Origin: Arenicellales bacterium
Lineage (GTDB): Bacteria > Pseudomonadota > Gammaproteobacteria > Arenicellales > JAJDZL01
Direction of reading: 5' to 3'
Assembly: GCA_965243645.1 (NCBI GenBank)
Contig: CBDEVD010000006.1
Coordinates: 9,570-73,569, forward strand
DNA length: 64,000 nt
Shown piece by piece: positions 7,914-17,345 of this stretch (positions within the stretch are counted from its first letter, which is position 1; each line of letters opens with the position of its first letter). The notes beneath the pieces are model-generated. The model was not told the origin of the DNA, ran no database searches, and worked only from the letters and a program-made list of their open reading frames with translations. The position numbers and the translations under genes are program-made.

Positions 7914-8633
7914 ATGTACGATTTGTATTATTGGACGACTCCCAATGGTCACAAAATTACGATGTTCCTGGAAGAAACTGGTGTCGAGTACCGAATTGTC
8001 CCCGTTAACATCGGTAAAGGTGAACAATTTGACGCGACGTTTCTTACGTTTTCACCGAACAACCGTATTCCTGCGTTAATCGATAAGCAACCGATTGGGG
8101 AGGATGCTCCAGTATCGTTGTTTGAATCGGGCGCGATTTTGCTTTATCTTGCCGAAAAACACAAGTGTTTTATCCCTGAGGATACTGCAAGTCGTGCCAA
8201 TGTCTTGCAATGGTTGTTTTGGCAGATGGCCAATCTCGGTCCAATGGGTGGCCAGAATCATCATTTTGTCACCTATCTTGAGGAAAAAGTCGACTATGCC
8301 ATCAATCGCTATGTCAACGAGGTTTCCAGGCCTTATGCTGTGCTGGATCATCAGCTTGATCAAAATGAATACATTTGTGGTGAGTATTCGATTGCCGATA
8401 TGGCCAGTTATCCATGGATTGTTCCGCACAAGCGTCAATTACAGCATATCGAGAAATTCCCCAACTTGAACCGTTGGTTTGAAACGATTCGTGCACGGCC
8501 TGCCACAGTTCGTGCTTACGATGTAGCCAAGCAGGTTAACCCCAATCCCCAGCAAATGTCTGAAGAGGAGAAAAAGGTACTCTTTGGACAGGATGCGAGT
8601 ACGCTGCAGCGGCTTCGCCAATCCCAATCCTAG
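7914..8633 (+). CDS. yfcG: Nu-class glutathione S-transferase / disulfide-bond reductase, YfcG-like
   Basis: 239 aa: YDLYYWTTPNGHKITMFLEETGVEYRIVPVNIGKGEQF...SPNNRIPALID...SLFESGAILLYLAEK...LQWLFWQMANLGPMGGQNHHF. It is closely colinear with E. coli YfcG as I remember it. Confidence 0.8.
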   Translation: MYDLYYWTTPNGHKITMFLEETGVEYRIVPVNIGKGEQFDATFLTFSPNNRIPALIDKQPIGEDAPVSLFESGAILLYLAEKHKCFIPEDTASRANVLQWLFWQMANLGPMGGQNHHFVTYLEEKVDYAINRYVNEVSRPYAVLDHQLDQNEYICGEYSIADMASYPWIVPHKRQLQHIEKFPNLNRWFETIRARPATVRAYDVAKQVNPNPQQMSEEEKKVLFGQDASTLQRLRQSQS

Positions 8634-8645
8634 CAAATTAAACTC

Positions 8646-9764
8646 ATGCCTGCGGGAGTCAATGCACCACTTTCGGGCATTCGAGTTATCGATTTCACGA
8701 CCTTGGCACCGGGGCCTTTTGCAACCCTGATTCTGGCCAATGCCGGCGCGGAAGTCACCAAAATTGAGCGGCCGGGAAGCGGTGATGAAATGCGCGTTTA
8801 TGGAGACGCGTTCGGAGATAACGACGTCACCTTTTCGCTACTGAATGCTGGCAAGCGCAGCGTGACTGCCGATCTCAAAAATGCCGACGATTGCGAGCGG
8901 ATTAAATCGATGATTCGAAATTGCGATGTCGTAATCGAACAGTTTAGACCTGGTGTAATGAATCGTTTGGGTTTGGGTTATGACACACTTAGTGAGATCA
9001 ATCCCGGGCTCGTGTACTGCTCAATTACCGGGTTTGGCCAATCAGGCCCAAAGGCACAAATTGCAGCTCACGATCTGAATTATGTTGCGGATTCCGGAAT
9101 GTTGACACTGGGAGAGTGTCGTGCCGGTAAGCCAGCGATACCCCCGTTGCTGGCAGCGGATTTGGCGGGTGGCGCCTACCCGGCGGTGATGAATATTTTG
9201 CTTGCCTTACAGCAGCGTAACCACACAGGTAAAGGAAGCTATCTCGACGTTTCGATGACCGATTGTTTGTTTCCGCTGATGTTCTGGTGTTTGGGTCTCG
9301 GCTGGGGCAGTGGTCAATGGCCACATTCGGGACAACAGTTACTCACCGGCGGTTCCCCGCGTTACCAGATTTACCCAACCCGGGATGATCGTTATCTTGC
9401 AGTTGCCGCACTGGAGGACCGCTTTTGGACTGTATTTTGTAACACCATCGGCTACACAGTCGAAGCCAGTCGCGAACGTGATCACCCACAGACTGTGATT
9501 GCTGAAATAGGGAATTTGATTCGAACCAAATCAGCTGACGAGTGCAGATTGCTGTTCTCGGCAAAGGATGCCTGTGCGGTTGTTGCGAATACTTTGCAGG
9601 AAGCTGTACAGGACACTCATTATCAGGCGCGTGGCGTATTTGACCAGAAAATCAAAACAGAATCAGGCGAATTGATTGATGCACTGCCGTTGCCCATTGT
9701 GCCGGCATTGCGCAGCCAGGAAGACTCACCCAAACAAGTGCCCAAATTGGGTGAGCATAATTAA
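8646..9764 (+). CDS. Family III CoA-transferase (CaiB/BaiF family; alpha-methylacyl-CoA-racemase-like subtype)
   Basis: 372 aa: LSGIRVIDFTTLAPGPFATLILANAGAEVTKIERPGSGD..., ITGFGQSGP...AHDLNYVADSGML. Confidence 0.8.
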   Translation: MPAGVNAPLSGIRVIDFTTLAPGPFATLILANAGAEVTKIERPGSGDEMRVYGDAFGDNDVTFSLLNAGKRSVTADLKNADDCERIKSMIRNCDVVIEQFRPGVMNRLGLGYDTLSEINPGLVYCSITGFGQSGPKAQIAAHDLNYVADSGMLTLGECRAGKPAIPPLLAADLAGGAYPAVMNILLALQQRNHTGKGSYLDVSMTDCLFPLMFWCLGLGWGSGQWPHSGQQLLTGGSPRYQIYPTRDDRYLAVAALEDRFWTVFCNTIGYTVEASRERDHPQTVIAEIGNLIRTKSADECRLLFSAKDACAVVANTLQEAVQDTHYQARGVFDQKIKTESGELIDALPLPIVPALRSQEDSPKQVPKLGEHN

Positions 9765-9897
9765 AATTTCGGTTGTAGAAAAGCTTTCAAATTAGCGGCA
9801 TAAAGACACGCCCGCGGTTCCTGGAACGGATGACACGATGACCGATGAAAGGGTTTAGTCAGCCCGTATAATTCTCTTTTTTTGGAACAGTGCGTAC

Positions 9898-10863
9898 ATG
9901 TCTTCATTCAGATCAATTGGTATTGTTGGAGCGGGATTGATTGGTTCCGGTTGGGCCGCTCGCTGTCTTGCGAGAAACATTGATGTGATTGCATACGATC
10001 CTTCTCCCTGTGGCGAGGATGTCATTCGATCGCATATCGATAATGCCTGGCCCGCCCTTGCAAAGCTGGGTTTTGATCGTACCCAATCAGGGAAATTCAG
10101 CTACGTTGCCAGCCTCGAACAATTGTGTGCCAATGTTGATTTCATCCAGGAAAACGCACCTGACTCACTGCAAATCAAATCCAGACTGCACCAGGAGCTT
10201 GATCGTTTGACAACTCCCGAGGTGATTATTGCGTCGAGTTCATCCGGGTTGCTGCCAACCGACATTCAACAAAACACCACACATCCGGAACGGGTAGTCA
10301 TTGGCCATCCATTCAATCCGGTTTACATCCTGCCGCTTGTTGAAATTGTCCGTGGTGCGAGAACCTCAGCCGAAACGGCACAACGGGCCGCACAGTTTTA
10401 CCAAGACATTGGGATGTACCCACTAATGGTGAAAAAAGAGGTGGATGGATACATCTCTGATCGCCTGCAGGAGGCTGTTTGGCGTGAAGCGTTGCACCTG
10501 GTAACCGATGGTGTTGCTTCAACGCAAGATATTGATGATGCGATCGTTTATGGTCCTGGTCTGCGGTGGGCGATTATGGGTGTATGTCTTACCTTTCATC
10601 TGGCGGGTGGTGAACAGGGTATGAAACATATGCTTGAACAGTTTGGACCTGCATTGCAGTTACCGTGGACCTACTTGCAAGCCCCGAAGCTTACACCGGC
10701 ACTGAAAGAGAAAATGATTGAGGGCACGAAATCTCAATCTGAAGGACAATCAGTTCAGGAGTTGGAACGGCTGCGCGACAATTGTCTGATTGAAATTCTG
10801 GATGTGCTCAGCAAGTATGGTTATTCGGCAGGTGCAACCCAATATAGAGCAACCGAACAGTAG
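9898..10863 (+). CDS. L-carnitine dehydrogenase-like 3-hydroxyacyl (CoA) dehydrogenase family protein
   Basis: 321 aa. It has the Rossmann motif IGIVGAGLIGSGWA, then GHPFNPVYILPLVEIV and GPGLRW...LAGGEQGMKHMLEQFGPALQLPWTYL. The length and C-terminal pattern match carnitine dehydrogenases as I recall them. There is no fused thioesterase domain. Confidence 0.7.
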   Translation: MSSFRSIGIVGAGLIGSGWAARCLARNIDVIAYDPSPCGEDVIRSHIDNAWPALAKLGFDRTQSGKFSYVASLEQLCANVDFIQENAPDSLQIKSRLHQELDRLTTPEVIIASSSSGLLPTDIQQNTTHPERVVIGHPFNPVYILPLVEIVRGARTSAETAQRAAQFYQDIGMYPLMVKKEVDGYISDRLQEAVWREALHLVTDGVASTQDIDDAIVYGPGLRWAIMGVCLTFHLAGGEQGMKHMLEQFGPALQLPWTYLQAPKLTPALKEKMIEGTKSQSEGQSVQELERLRDNCLIEILDVLSKYGYSAGATQYRATEQ

Positions 10864-10869
10864 CGGTTC

Positions 10870-12933
10870 TTGCAACGCGTGAACAGTCGTGCGCTAAATC
10901 GGCTACTTCGACCGCGTAGTATTGCGGTCATTGGTGGAAAGTTTGCTCAACGCGCCATTCGGCAATGTGAGTTGTTGGGATTTACCGGCGATATTTGGCC
11001 TGTTCATCCGTATCGTGACGAGATGTACTCGCGCCCTTGTTACCGCACGTTGCGCGATTTACCCGGTGTACCTGACGCAGCATTCATTGCGGTTCCCAGA
11101 GACGAAACCGTTAACGTGGTGAGCGATTTGTCATCAATGGGTGCAGGTGGTGCTGTTTGTTATGCGTCGGGTTTTGCGGAACTCGGTCGTGAGGGCACCG
11201 AGTATCAACTTCGACTAAACGAAGCAATGGGTGAGATGCCATTGATCGGTCCGAATTGTTATGGAGTCTTGAACTATTTGGATGGCGTGGCACTTTGGCC
11301 GGATGAACAGGGCGGCAAGCGCTGTAATAAAGGTGTCGCAATCATCAGTCAGAGCGGCAATATCACTGTCAGTCTGACGATGCAGCGCCGCGGCGTACCA
11401 ATCGCATTCCTGATTTCGACCGGTAATATGGCGGGCGTTAAGACGCACGACTATATTTTGGCACTGCTGGATAATCCAGCTATCACCGCGATTGGACTCT
11501 ATCTTGAAGGTATCGTTGATGCGTACGAGTTTTCCTGCGCGGCAATCGAGGCGTTAAACAAGGGTGTTCCGATTGTCGTATTGGAATCCGGTCAATCGGA
11601 AATAGGTGCCAATGTAACCCGGACACACTCGTATTCGCTGTCCTCAAACAGTCAGGTCAGCCAAGCGTTTTACCGGCGATATGGCATCATTCAGGTCAGC
11701 AGCATTCCACAAATGCTGGAAACGCTGAAGCTCGTTTCGCTGATTCCGCCGCAACCCAACCCCACGGTCGCTTCGATCAGTTGTTCAGGTGGCGAAGCAG
11801 CGTTGATGGCTGATCAGGTTGCGCGCAGTGGCTTGGAATTTGCGCAGCTTACTGACTCCCAAAGGCAGCGGTTGATGGCCGTACTCGGTGACAAGGTTTG
11901 CGTAGCCAATCCGCTCGACTACCATACCTATATTTGGGGCAATCAGGCAGCACAAACCGCGTGTTTCGCTGCAGTTTATGAAGGCTCGCAAAATATGAGC
12001 GTGAATATTATTGATTTCCCCATGGATGGGATTTGCGATCCAGTTGAATGGAGTTATGTAGTGCAAGCAATTGTCGATGCGAAGCAGCAAGCGGATGGCA
12101 GGGTGGTAGCGGTTGCAACGCTGCATGAAAATTGCCCGCTGAGGTACCAGGACATTCTGTTGAAACACAATATTCCGCCGATGTTTGGAATGCAGGAATG
12201 CGTCACGGCAATTGCCGCATCCGTTGAATTCGCCAGCAAGGCGCAGATCGCTTCGACTCTGGTGCCCTTGCTGCATACGAGGCGAGGGCAAACTGAAATC
12301 ACCACGCTGACCGAATATCAAGGCAAGAGGAAATTGCGTGAGGCAGGTTTGGCGGTTGTCGACGGCCAGGTGGCGAGCACTTTGGATGCAGCCAAAGCCA
12401 TTGCGTTCCAGCTTGGCTACCCTGTGGTAGCGAAGATTTCTTCGACACAAGTGATTCATAAATCAGAAATTGAAGGTGTTGTTCCAGGCCTTGATTCACC
12501 AGCCCATCTGACCGACGCGGCTGACCGACTATTGGGATTGTCCGATGAATTGTTAATTGAGCGTCACGTATCGGACCCGGTGGTTGAAATGTTGGTCGCC
12601 ATTCGGATTGATCCAACATTTGGTTTGGTTATGGTTGTTGGTGCAGGAGGCAAGCTGGCCAACCTGGTCGAAGATTCTTGTGTGTTACATTTTCCGATAC
12701 AGGAAGCTGAGGTAATGTCAGCTCTGAGTGAACTGAAAATCGGCAAACTACTACACGGATTTCGAAATCTGTCAGGTGACATTGATGCCGTATTGCAGTT
12801 TATTACGAAATTAGCGGAATTTGCGGTCGATGAAACCAACCAGATTGTTGAGATAGAAGTTAACCCGCTTTATGTTTATGCAAAAGGTGCAGGTGTCACG
12901 GCCATCGATGTTGTTTATCGACACTGGCAATGA
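10870..12933 (+). CDS. ADP-forming acyl-CoA synthetase (acetate--CoA ligase family; CoA-binding/succinyl-CoA-synthetase-like flavodoxin domains fused to an ATP-grasp domain)
   Basis: 687 aa with a TTG start. The N-terminus is RPRSIAVIGGK...WPVHP (CoA-binding domain). The C-terminal ATP-grasp region is ...LTEYQGKRKLREAGLAVVDGQVA...GYPVVAKISS. Confidence 0.8.
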   Translation: MQRVNSRALNRLLRPRSIAVIGGKFAQRAIRQCELLGFTGDIWPVHPYRDEMYSRPCYRTLRDLPGVPDAAFIAVPRDETVNVVSDLSSMGAGGAVCYASGFAELGREGTEYQLRLNEAMGEMPLIGPNCYGVLNYLDGVALWPDEQGGKRCNKGVAIISQSGNITVSLTMQRRGVPIAFLISTGNMAGVKTHDYILALLDNPAITAIGLYLEGIVDAYEFSCAAIEALNKGVPIVVLESGQSEIGANVTRTHSYSLSSNSQVSQAFYRRYGIIQVSSIPQMLETLKLVSLIPPQPNPTVASISCSGGEAALMADQVARSGLEFAQLTDSQRQRLMAVLGDKVCVANPLDYHTYIWGNQAAQTACFAAVYEGSQNMSVNIIDFPMDGICDPVEWSYVVQAIVDAKQQADGRVVAVATLHENCPLRYQDILLKHNIPPMFGMQECVTAIAASVEFASKAQIASTLVPLLHTRRGQTEITTLTEYQGKRKLREAGLAVVDGQVASTLDAAKAIAFQLGYPVVAKISSTQVIHKSEIEGVVPGLDSPAHLTDAADRLLGLSDELLIERHVSDPVVEMLVAIRIDPTFGLVMVVGAGGKLANLVEDSCVLHFPIQEAEVMSALSELKIGKLLHGFRNLSGDIDAVLQFITKLAEFAVDETNQIVEIEVNPLYVYAKGAGVTAIDVVYRHWQ

Positions 12934-13044
12934 ATCCAAATTCAAGAATTCTTTTTTTCCGGAATTTAGCGCGAACCGGAACCGTATGAAATCAAACCGC
13001 GCAGCCTGATAGGCTCTGAAAAATTTTTCCATAAAAAGGTAATA

Positions 13045-13836
13045 GTGATGAGTGAAGAAAATGTTTTGGTCAAGCACGACGGTGCAATTTTGGAAGTTAC
13101 GATCAACCGTCCCAAAGCAAATGCAATCGATACTGCGACGAGTCGTCAATTGGGTGAGGTATTTTGTAATTTCAGAGATGATGATGCACTCAGAGTGGCG
13201 ATTGTCACCGGCAGCGGTGATAAGTTTTTCTCGGCGGGTTGGGACCTTAAAGAAGCCGCTGCCGGGGAGGCGGAGCTTGACGGAGACTATGGCCCTGGCG
13301 GATTTGCGGGTCTGTGTGAATTACATGATTTAAATAAACCTGTAATCAGTGCGGTCAATGGTTATGCAGTTGGAGGGGGGTTCGAACTGGCACTTTCCGG
13401 AGATCTGATCGTAGCAGTTGAGCATGCCCAGTTTTTTCTACCCGAAATTAAGGTAGGCGTCGTTGCGGATGCTGCTTCGTTTCGACTGGCGCGTTGGATT
13501 CCAAGAGCAATCGCGATAGAGATGCTACTGACTGGACGGCGAATGTCTGCTCAAGAAGCGTTGCGTTGGGGATTGGTTAACCAAGTCGTCTCCAGTGACC
13601 AACTGATGGACACTGCCCGGTCACTGGCGGCTACCATAGCCGATGGTGCACCGCTTGTCGTTACTGCAGTCAAGGAAATTCTCCGTAAAGCGGAGGCTGC
13701 AAGTGTTGCGGAATGTTATCAGATGATGCACACGGGTGAGTTTGAAAACTACGAGAAAATGAAAGCATCCACTGATGCGATGGAGGGTCCGAAAGCCTTT
13801 GCAGAAAAACGCGATGCCAACTGGAAAGGACAGTAG
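13045..13836 (+). CDS. caiD: Carnitinyl-CoA dehydratase / crotonobetainyl-CoA hydratase (crotonase family, CaiD-like)
   Basis: 263 aa: ILEVTINRPKANAIDTATSRQLGEVFCNFRDDDALRVAIVTGSGDKFFSAGWDLKEAAAGE...GPGGFAGL...VNGYAVGGGFELAL...AFAEKRDANWKGQ. It is near-colinear with E. coli CaiD from memory. Confidence 0.85.
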   Translation: MMSEENVLVKHDGAILEVTINRPKANAIDTATSRQLGEVFCNFRDDDALRVAIVTGSGDKFFSAGWDLKEAAAGEAELDGDYGPGGFAGLCELHDLNKPVISAVNGYAVGGGFELALSGDLIVAVEHAQFFLPEIKVGVVADAASFRLARWIPRAIAIEMLLTGRRMSAQEALRWGLVNQVVSSDQLMDTARSLAATIADGAPLVVTAVKEILRKAEAASVAECYQMMHTGEFENYEKMKASTDAMEGPKAFAEKRDANWKGQ

Positions 13837-13929
13837 GATTCCGGCAATGAAATAAACTGCCTTCAATGGTGCTCGTTCTTGTTTGAGCACGGTAGGGATA
13901 GGTGTGAAGGACTGATTTCCTTGGACTTG

Positions 13930-14634
13930 CTATTTTTCTGCGACTGTTTCAACAAGTTGCTTATGTTTGGTGAATGGTGAGTATGTAAAAACCTCGTGAC
14001 AAACCGTATCCGGGATTTGCTTTTGTTTACTATCGCACCTCCACCAAAACGCAACAGCGGGATCGATATCTGGCACCTCATCATTCGTCAATATCAAAAA
14101 CTCGTCAGATAGATCGCCGTCCTGATGCAAAGTGTGTTCTGAATTACTATAGATTCTCAGAACTATTTCCATTATTTTCTTGACTTCGGCATCACTTTCC
14201 GTTGCTACCCAACCGTCTAAATTTATTTTGGTTATTGAATCGCTGCAAGCAGGTTCAATAATTTTTTTCCACTCATTAGTCTTAGTGGTGTTCTTCCCTA
14301 CGTGAATGATCCGTGCTTCAGGTAGAGATTGAATTGTGTCTTCAAGCTCGCTGTCCCCAAGTTCACATAAATGAGCATAACTGTCATAACGATAAGCGTA
14401 TCCTGGAACTATTTCATTTAAGTCGGGATGATTAAATAGTAGCTTGGAACCCCAGATTAAATTCTCGCCAATCCCAAATTCACTTGGAAATATCACCTCC
14501 GAAAATTGTTCAGAATTCCAATAATCAACATTTTTCTCATCATCAGTAGTTTCAGCAAAACTCAACGAGCTGCACAAGATCATTGGAAGAACAATCCAGT
14601 ACAAAAACGATGGGATACGATTAGATGAAATCAC
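13930..14634 (-). CDS. Hypothetical secreted protein (signal peptide, no recognisable domain)
   Basis: 234 aa. The N-terminus IPSFLYWIVLPMILCSSLSFAETT is signal-like. The gene lies in an AT-rich islet. Confidence 0.5.
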   Translation of the reverse strand: MISSNRIPSFLYWIVLPMILCSSLSFAETTDDEKNVDYWNSEQFSEVIFPSEFGIGENLIWGSKLLFNHPDLNEIVPGYAYRYDSYAHLCELGDSELEDTIQSLPEARIIHVGKNTTKTNEWKKIIEPACSDSITKINLDGWVATESDAEVKKIMEIVLRIYSNSEHTLHQDGDLSDEFLILTNDEVPDIDPAVAFWWRCDSKQKQIPDTVCHEVFTYSPFTKHKQLVETVAEK

Positions 14635-14659
14635 TTTTTACTATGCTCTATAGCGTTCA

Positions 14660-15127
14660 CTATCCACCGATCAAATTGCCCACACGGAGAGGCAGCATGA
14701 TTAATGTTGCGACAAATGCCGGTAAAGCGATCCCTGACAAATAAAGGCGAACAGGCCCAGTTTTCTTTGGAGTCCATGAGAGAATCCAAGCGAAGAACGC
14801 TGATAACACAATTAAAACTACAAAGGACGAAATAACAATATTTGGAGCGATACCTGTGGTTGATTCAAGTCGAAATTCAAGAACTCCCGTTGAAAAGGCA
14901 AAAGTAAAAAACCCGATGAAGTAACTTAAGGCTCCTGGGAAGGCAAACCAAAATTGGCGTTTTCTGCTCCAGTCGTTGCTTGATTTTTCAAACCTTAGTT
15001 TACGAAAATTTCGAAGTATCCTGCCAAGCTCTGTATTTATCGTTACAGGGTTCCGATTGCTATTCGAACTTTTTGTGCCGTTTGAACTATTATCATTTTC
15101 TCTGGCAATAATCGCGTCCCTGCTCAT
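14660..15127 (-). CDS. Hypothetical small membrane protein (polar Asn/Ser-rich N-terminus, 3-4 predicted TM helices)
   Basis: 155 aa. Hydrophobic segments: FWFAFPGALSYFIGFFTFAFSTGVL, IVISSFVVLIVLSAFFAWILSW, LYLSGIALPAFVATLIMLPL. It lies 25 bp upstream of the secreted-protein gene on the same strand. Confidence 0.5.
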   Translation of the reverse strand: MSRDAIIARENDNSSNGTKSSNSNRNPVTINTELGRILRNFRKLRFEKSSNDWSRKRQFWFAFPGALSYFIGFFTFAFSTGVLEFRLESTTGIAPNIVISSFVVLIVLSAFFAWILSWTPKKTGPVRLYLSGIALPAFVATLIMLPLRVGNLIGG

Positions 15128-15540
15128 ATTTCCCTCTCAAGCTTAGCAAAATTTAATCCGAAAAATTTGATTACTGCGGTTCGTGGATTCTCCATTGAAG
15201 AAAGTAATTGCATCCTCTATAGGATAGGAATTACATAGCGAATCACCGTTGTCGTGGTTTGCAGGACATCAAAATTCCAGCACAGCAAGATCTGCAACTG
15301 GTCAATCAAAATCTTCATATTACCTTTGAACCTTGATGGAGTGCGCAAATCCAATGACTACAACCAATACAGGGCAACTGTAGTCGTTGGTGATGACAAT
15401 GACATAGAGCTTAAATTGGCAAAATCGACAATTTATCACTAATATTTGATATAAAATCAACACTCTACAAATACCTAAATTCACTGAGTTAACCAATTTC
15501 CCGCAGAACCAATTCATTAGTAATCGAGTGAAGGTACAAA

Positions 15541-16452
15541 ATGAGTCAAATCCAATCGAAAGTACCAGAAAAGCCAACCACTCCCACACAAGTCAAGTTG
15601 ACTGACGTCTCTTCGTCACAATCAGAATTGACTCGACCAGTAGAAGCCTATCCTTACCAGGATAAACTCAAACGAAAGGAGTATGAAGCGCGCAAAGCTG
15701 AACTCCAAGTCGAACTGGTCAAGGCGCAAAACTGGATTAAAGATAACAGGCAAAAGGTCGTTGTTTTATTTGAGGGACGAGACGCGGCGGGCAAGGGCGG
15801 CACCATCAAACGATTTATGGAACATCTGAATCCTCGAAGCGCGCGAGTCGTGGCGTTGCCGAAACCAGGAGAAAAAGAACGCGGCCAATGGTTTTTCCAG
15901 CGATACATTGAACAGCTGCCAACACGAGGTGAAATGGTGTTATTTGATCGTTCATGGTACAACCGGGCTGGTGTAGAGCGAGTCATGGGGTTTTGTTCCC
16001 GTCTCGAATATCTTGAATTCATGCGTCAGACACCATCACTGGAACGAATGCTTGTAGACAGTGGCATTATGCTTTTTAAGTACTGGTTTTCTGTGAGTCG
16101 CAATGAACAACGACGGCGTTTTGAAGCGCGGGCAGACAGTCCGTTAAAACGCTGGAAACTCAGTCCGATTGATAAGGAATCGTTGAACTTGTGGCCCGAA
16201 TATACTGAAGCTAAGGAGACGATGTTTTTCTATACGGATACGCGTGACGCCCCCTGGACCGTGGTACGGTCAGACGATAAACGACGCGCCCGGTTGAATT
16301 GCATGCGACATTTTTTATGCAGTTTGGATTATCCGGATAAGAATACAGAGATCGTTGTTTCTCCTGAGCCGCAAATCGTCGGACTGGCGCGGGATGTTTT
16401 TGTTACTCAGCAGAACGAGCACGATCGGACAGTGTCGGGCTCACACGAGTAA
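15541..16452 (+). CDS. ppk2: Polyphosphate kinase 2 (single-domain PPK2)
   Basis: 303 aa: VVVLFEGRDAAGKGGTIKRF (Walker A), FDRSWYNRAGVERVMGF, WKLSPID. Confidence 0.9.
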   Translation: MSQIQSKVPEKPTTPTQVKLTDVSSSQSELTRPVEAYPYQDKLKRKEYEARKAELQVELVKAQNWIKDNRQKVVVLFEGRDAAGKGGTIKRFMEHLNPRSARVVALPKPGEKERGQWFFQRYIEQLPTRGEMVLFDRSWYNRAGVERVMGFCSRLEYLEFMRQTPSLERMLVDSGIMLFKYWFSVSRNEQRRRFEARADSPLKRWKLSPIDKESLNLWPEYTEAKETMFFYTDTRDAPWTVVRSDDKRRARLNCMRHFLCSLDYPDKNTEIVVSPEPQIVGLARDVFVTQQNEHDRTVSGSHE

Positions 16453-16461
16453 TTCCGGGAA

Positions 16462-17253
16462 TCAAACCATAAACAGCTGACCGAAGTTTGGATTTTGGTC
16501 GTTCACACCGGCCAGCCGCAAACAATGCCATGCCAGCGCGTGGTTACTCGAAGTAACCGGTTTCCCAACAGCTTGTTCAATTTCAAGGATTACCGGTGCG
16601 ATTCTCAGGTTCGTACACGATACAAATACCAGGTCAACGGAGTCCTGAGACCCCAGTTCAATCGCAGCTCTTTGAATTGAATCCGTTGTAATTCGTGCTG
16701 CACGATTATCGTCTTCTTCATTAAAGGAACCGAACGCAACGACATTGAACCCGCGCGCCTCAATATATTCGGAGACTTTATCGTTCACATCTTGTCGATA
16801 AGGGGTCAGTACTGCCAGATTTCTGGCTTCGAGGGCTTCAAATGCAGCAAATGCCGCGGTAATCGGTGTGGTGCATTTTGCTTCCGGATGACTTTCGTGA
16901 ATTCGTTCAAAGACCCGCTGTTCACCAATCACCATAGACGCTGATGTGCAACCATACGCGACAACATCGAGTGGCATGCCCTTTAGAATAATCTCGGCAC
17001 ACTCGGGGATGCGCTGTTCCATGTCAGCCAATGTTTCCGGGGTGATGGTTGCGGAATTGCGGATTCTGCTTTCGTAGAATGCAACGCCTTCAATATCCAG
17101 AAACATGCGAAATTCATGTTCGATTGTATGATCCGTTCCCAGCACAATGAGACCGATGGCTGCGCGCTCGGCGATGCCATCATCAACCTCAAATGGGATG
17201 TGAGTTCGAACAATCCGTTCGGTGTTCTCAATGGCCTGAACCGCTTGTTGCAT
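16462..17253 (-). CDS. Asp/Glu/hydantoin-racemase superfamily protein (maleate isomerase / arylmalonate decarboxylase / EutA-like)
   Basis: 263 aa: IGLIVLGTDHTIEHEF..., VVAYGCTSASMV..., LVFVSCTNLR. Two Cys-containing motifs sit at the expected positions. Confidence 0.7.
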   Translation of the reverse strand: MQQAVQAIENTERIVRTHIPFEVDDGIAERAAIGLIVLGTDHTIEHEFRMFLDIEGVAFYESRIRNSATITPETLADMEQRIPECAEIILKGMPLDVVAYGCTSASMVIGEQRVFERIHESHPEAKCTTPITAAFAAFEALEARNLAVLTPYRQDVNDKVSEYIEARGFNVVAFGSFNEEDDNRAARITTDSIQRAAIELGSQDSVDLVFVSCTNLRIAPVILEIEQAVGKPVTSSNHALAWHCLRLAGVNDQNPNFGQLFMV

Positions 17254-17345
17254 GGTGGCTGACCTCTTTTTAGTAGTCTAACGAATGATAGGGTTGATTT
17301 TACTCGTCGTTGCTCCATTCTACCGCGAGTGTCGGAAATTAACAA

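Noticed and set aside
11785-12459. 224-aa antisense ORF inside the ADP-forming acyl-CoA synthetase gene. Similar long antisense ORFs occur at 48798..49346 (182 aa, inside the ABC ATPase), 57986..58642 (218 aa, inside aceK) and 35016..35471.
   Set aside because: Each is entirely contained in a well-supported gene on the opposite strand and has no recognisable motifs. They are typical shadow ORFs.
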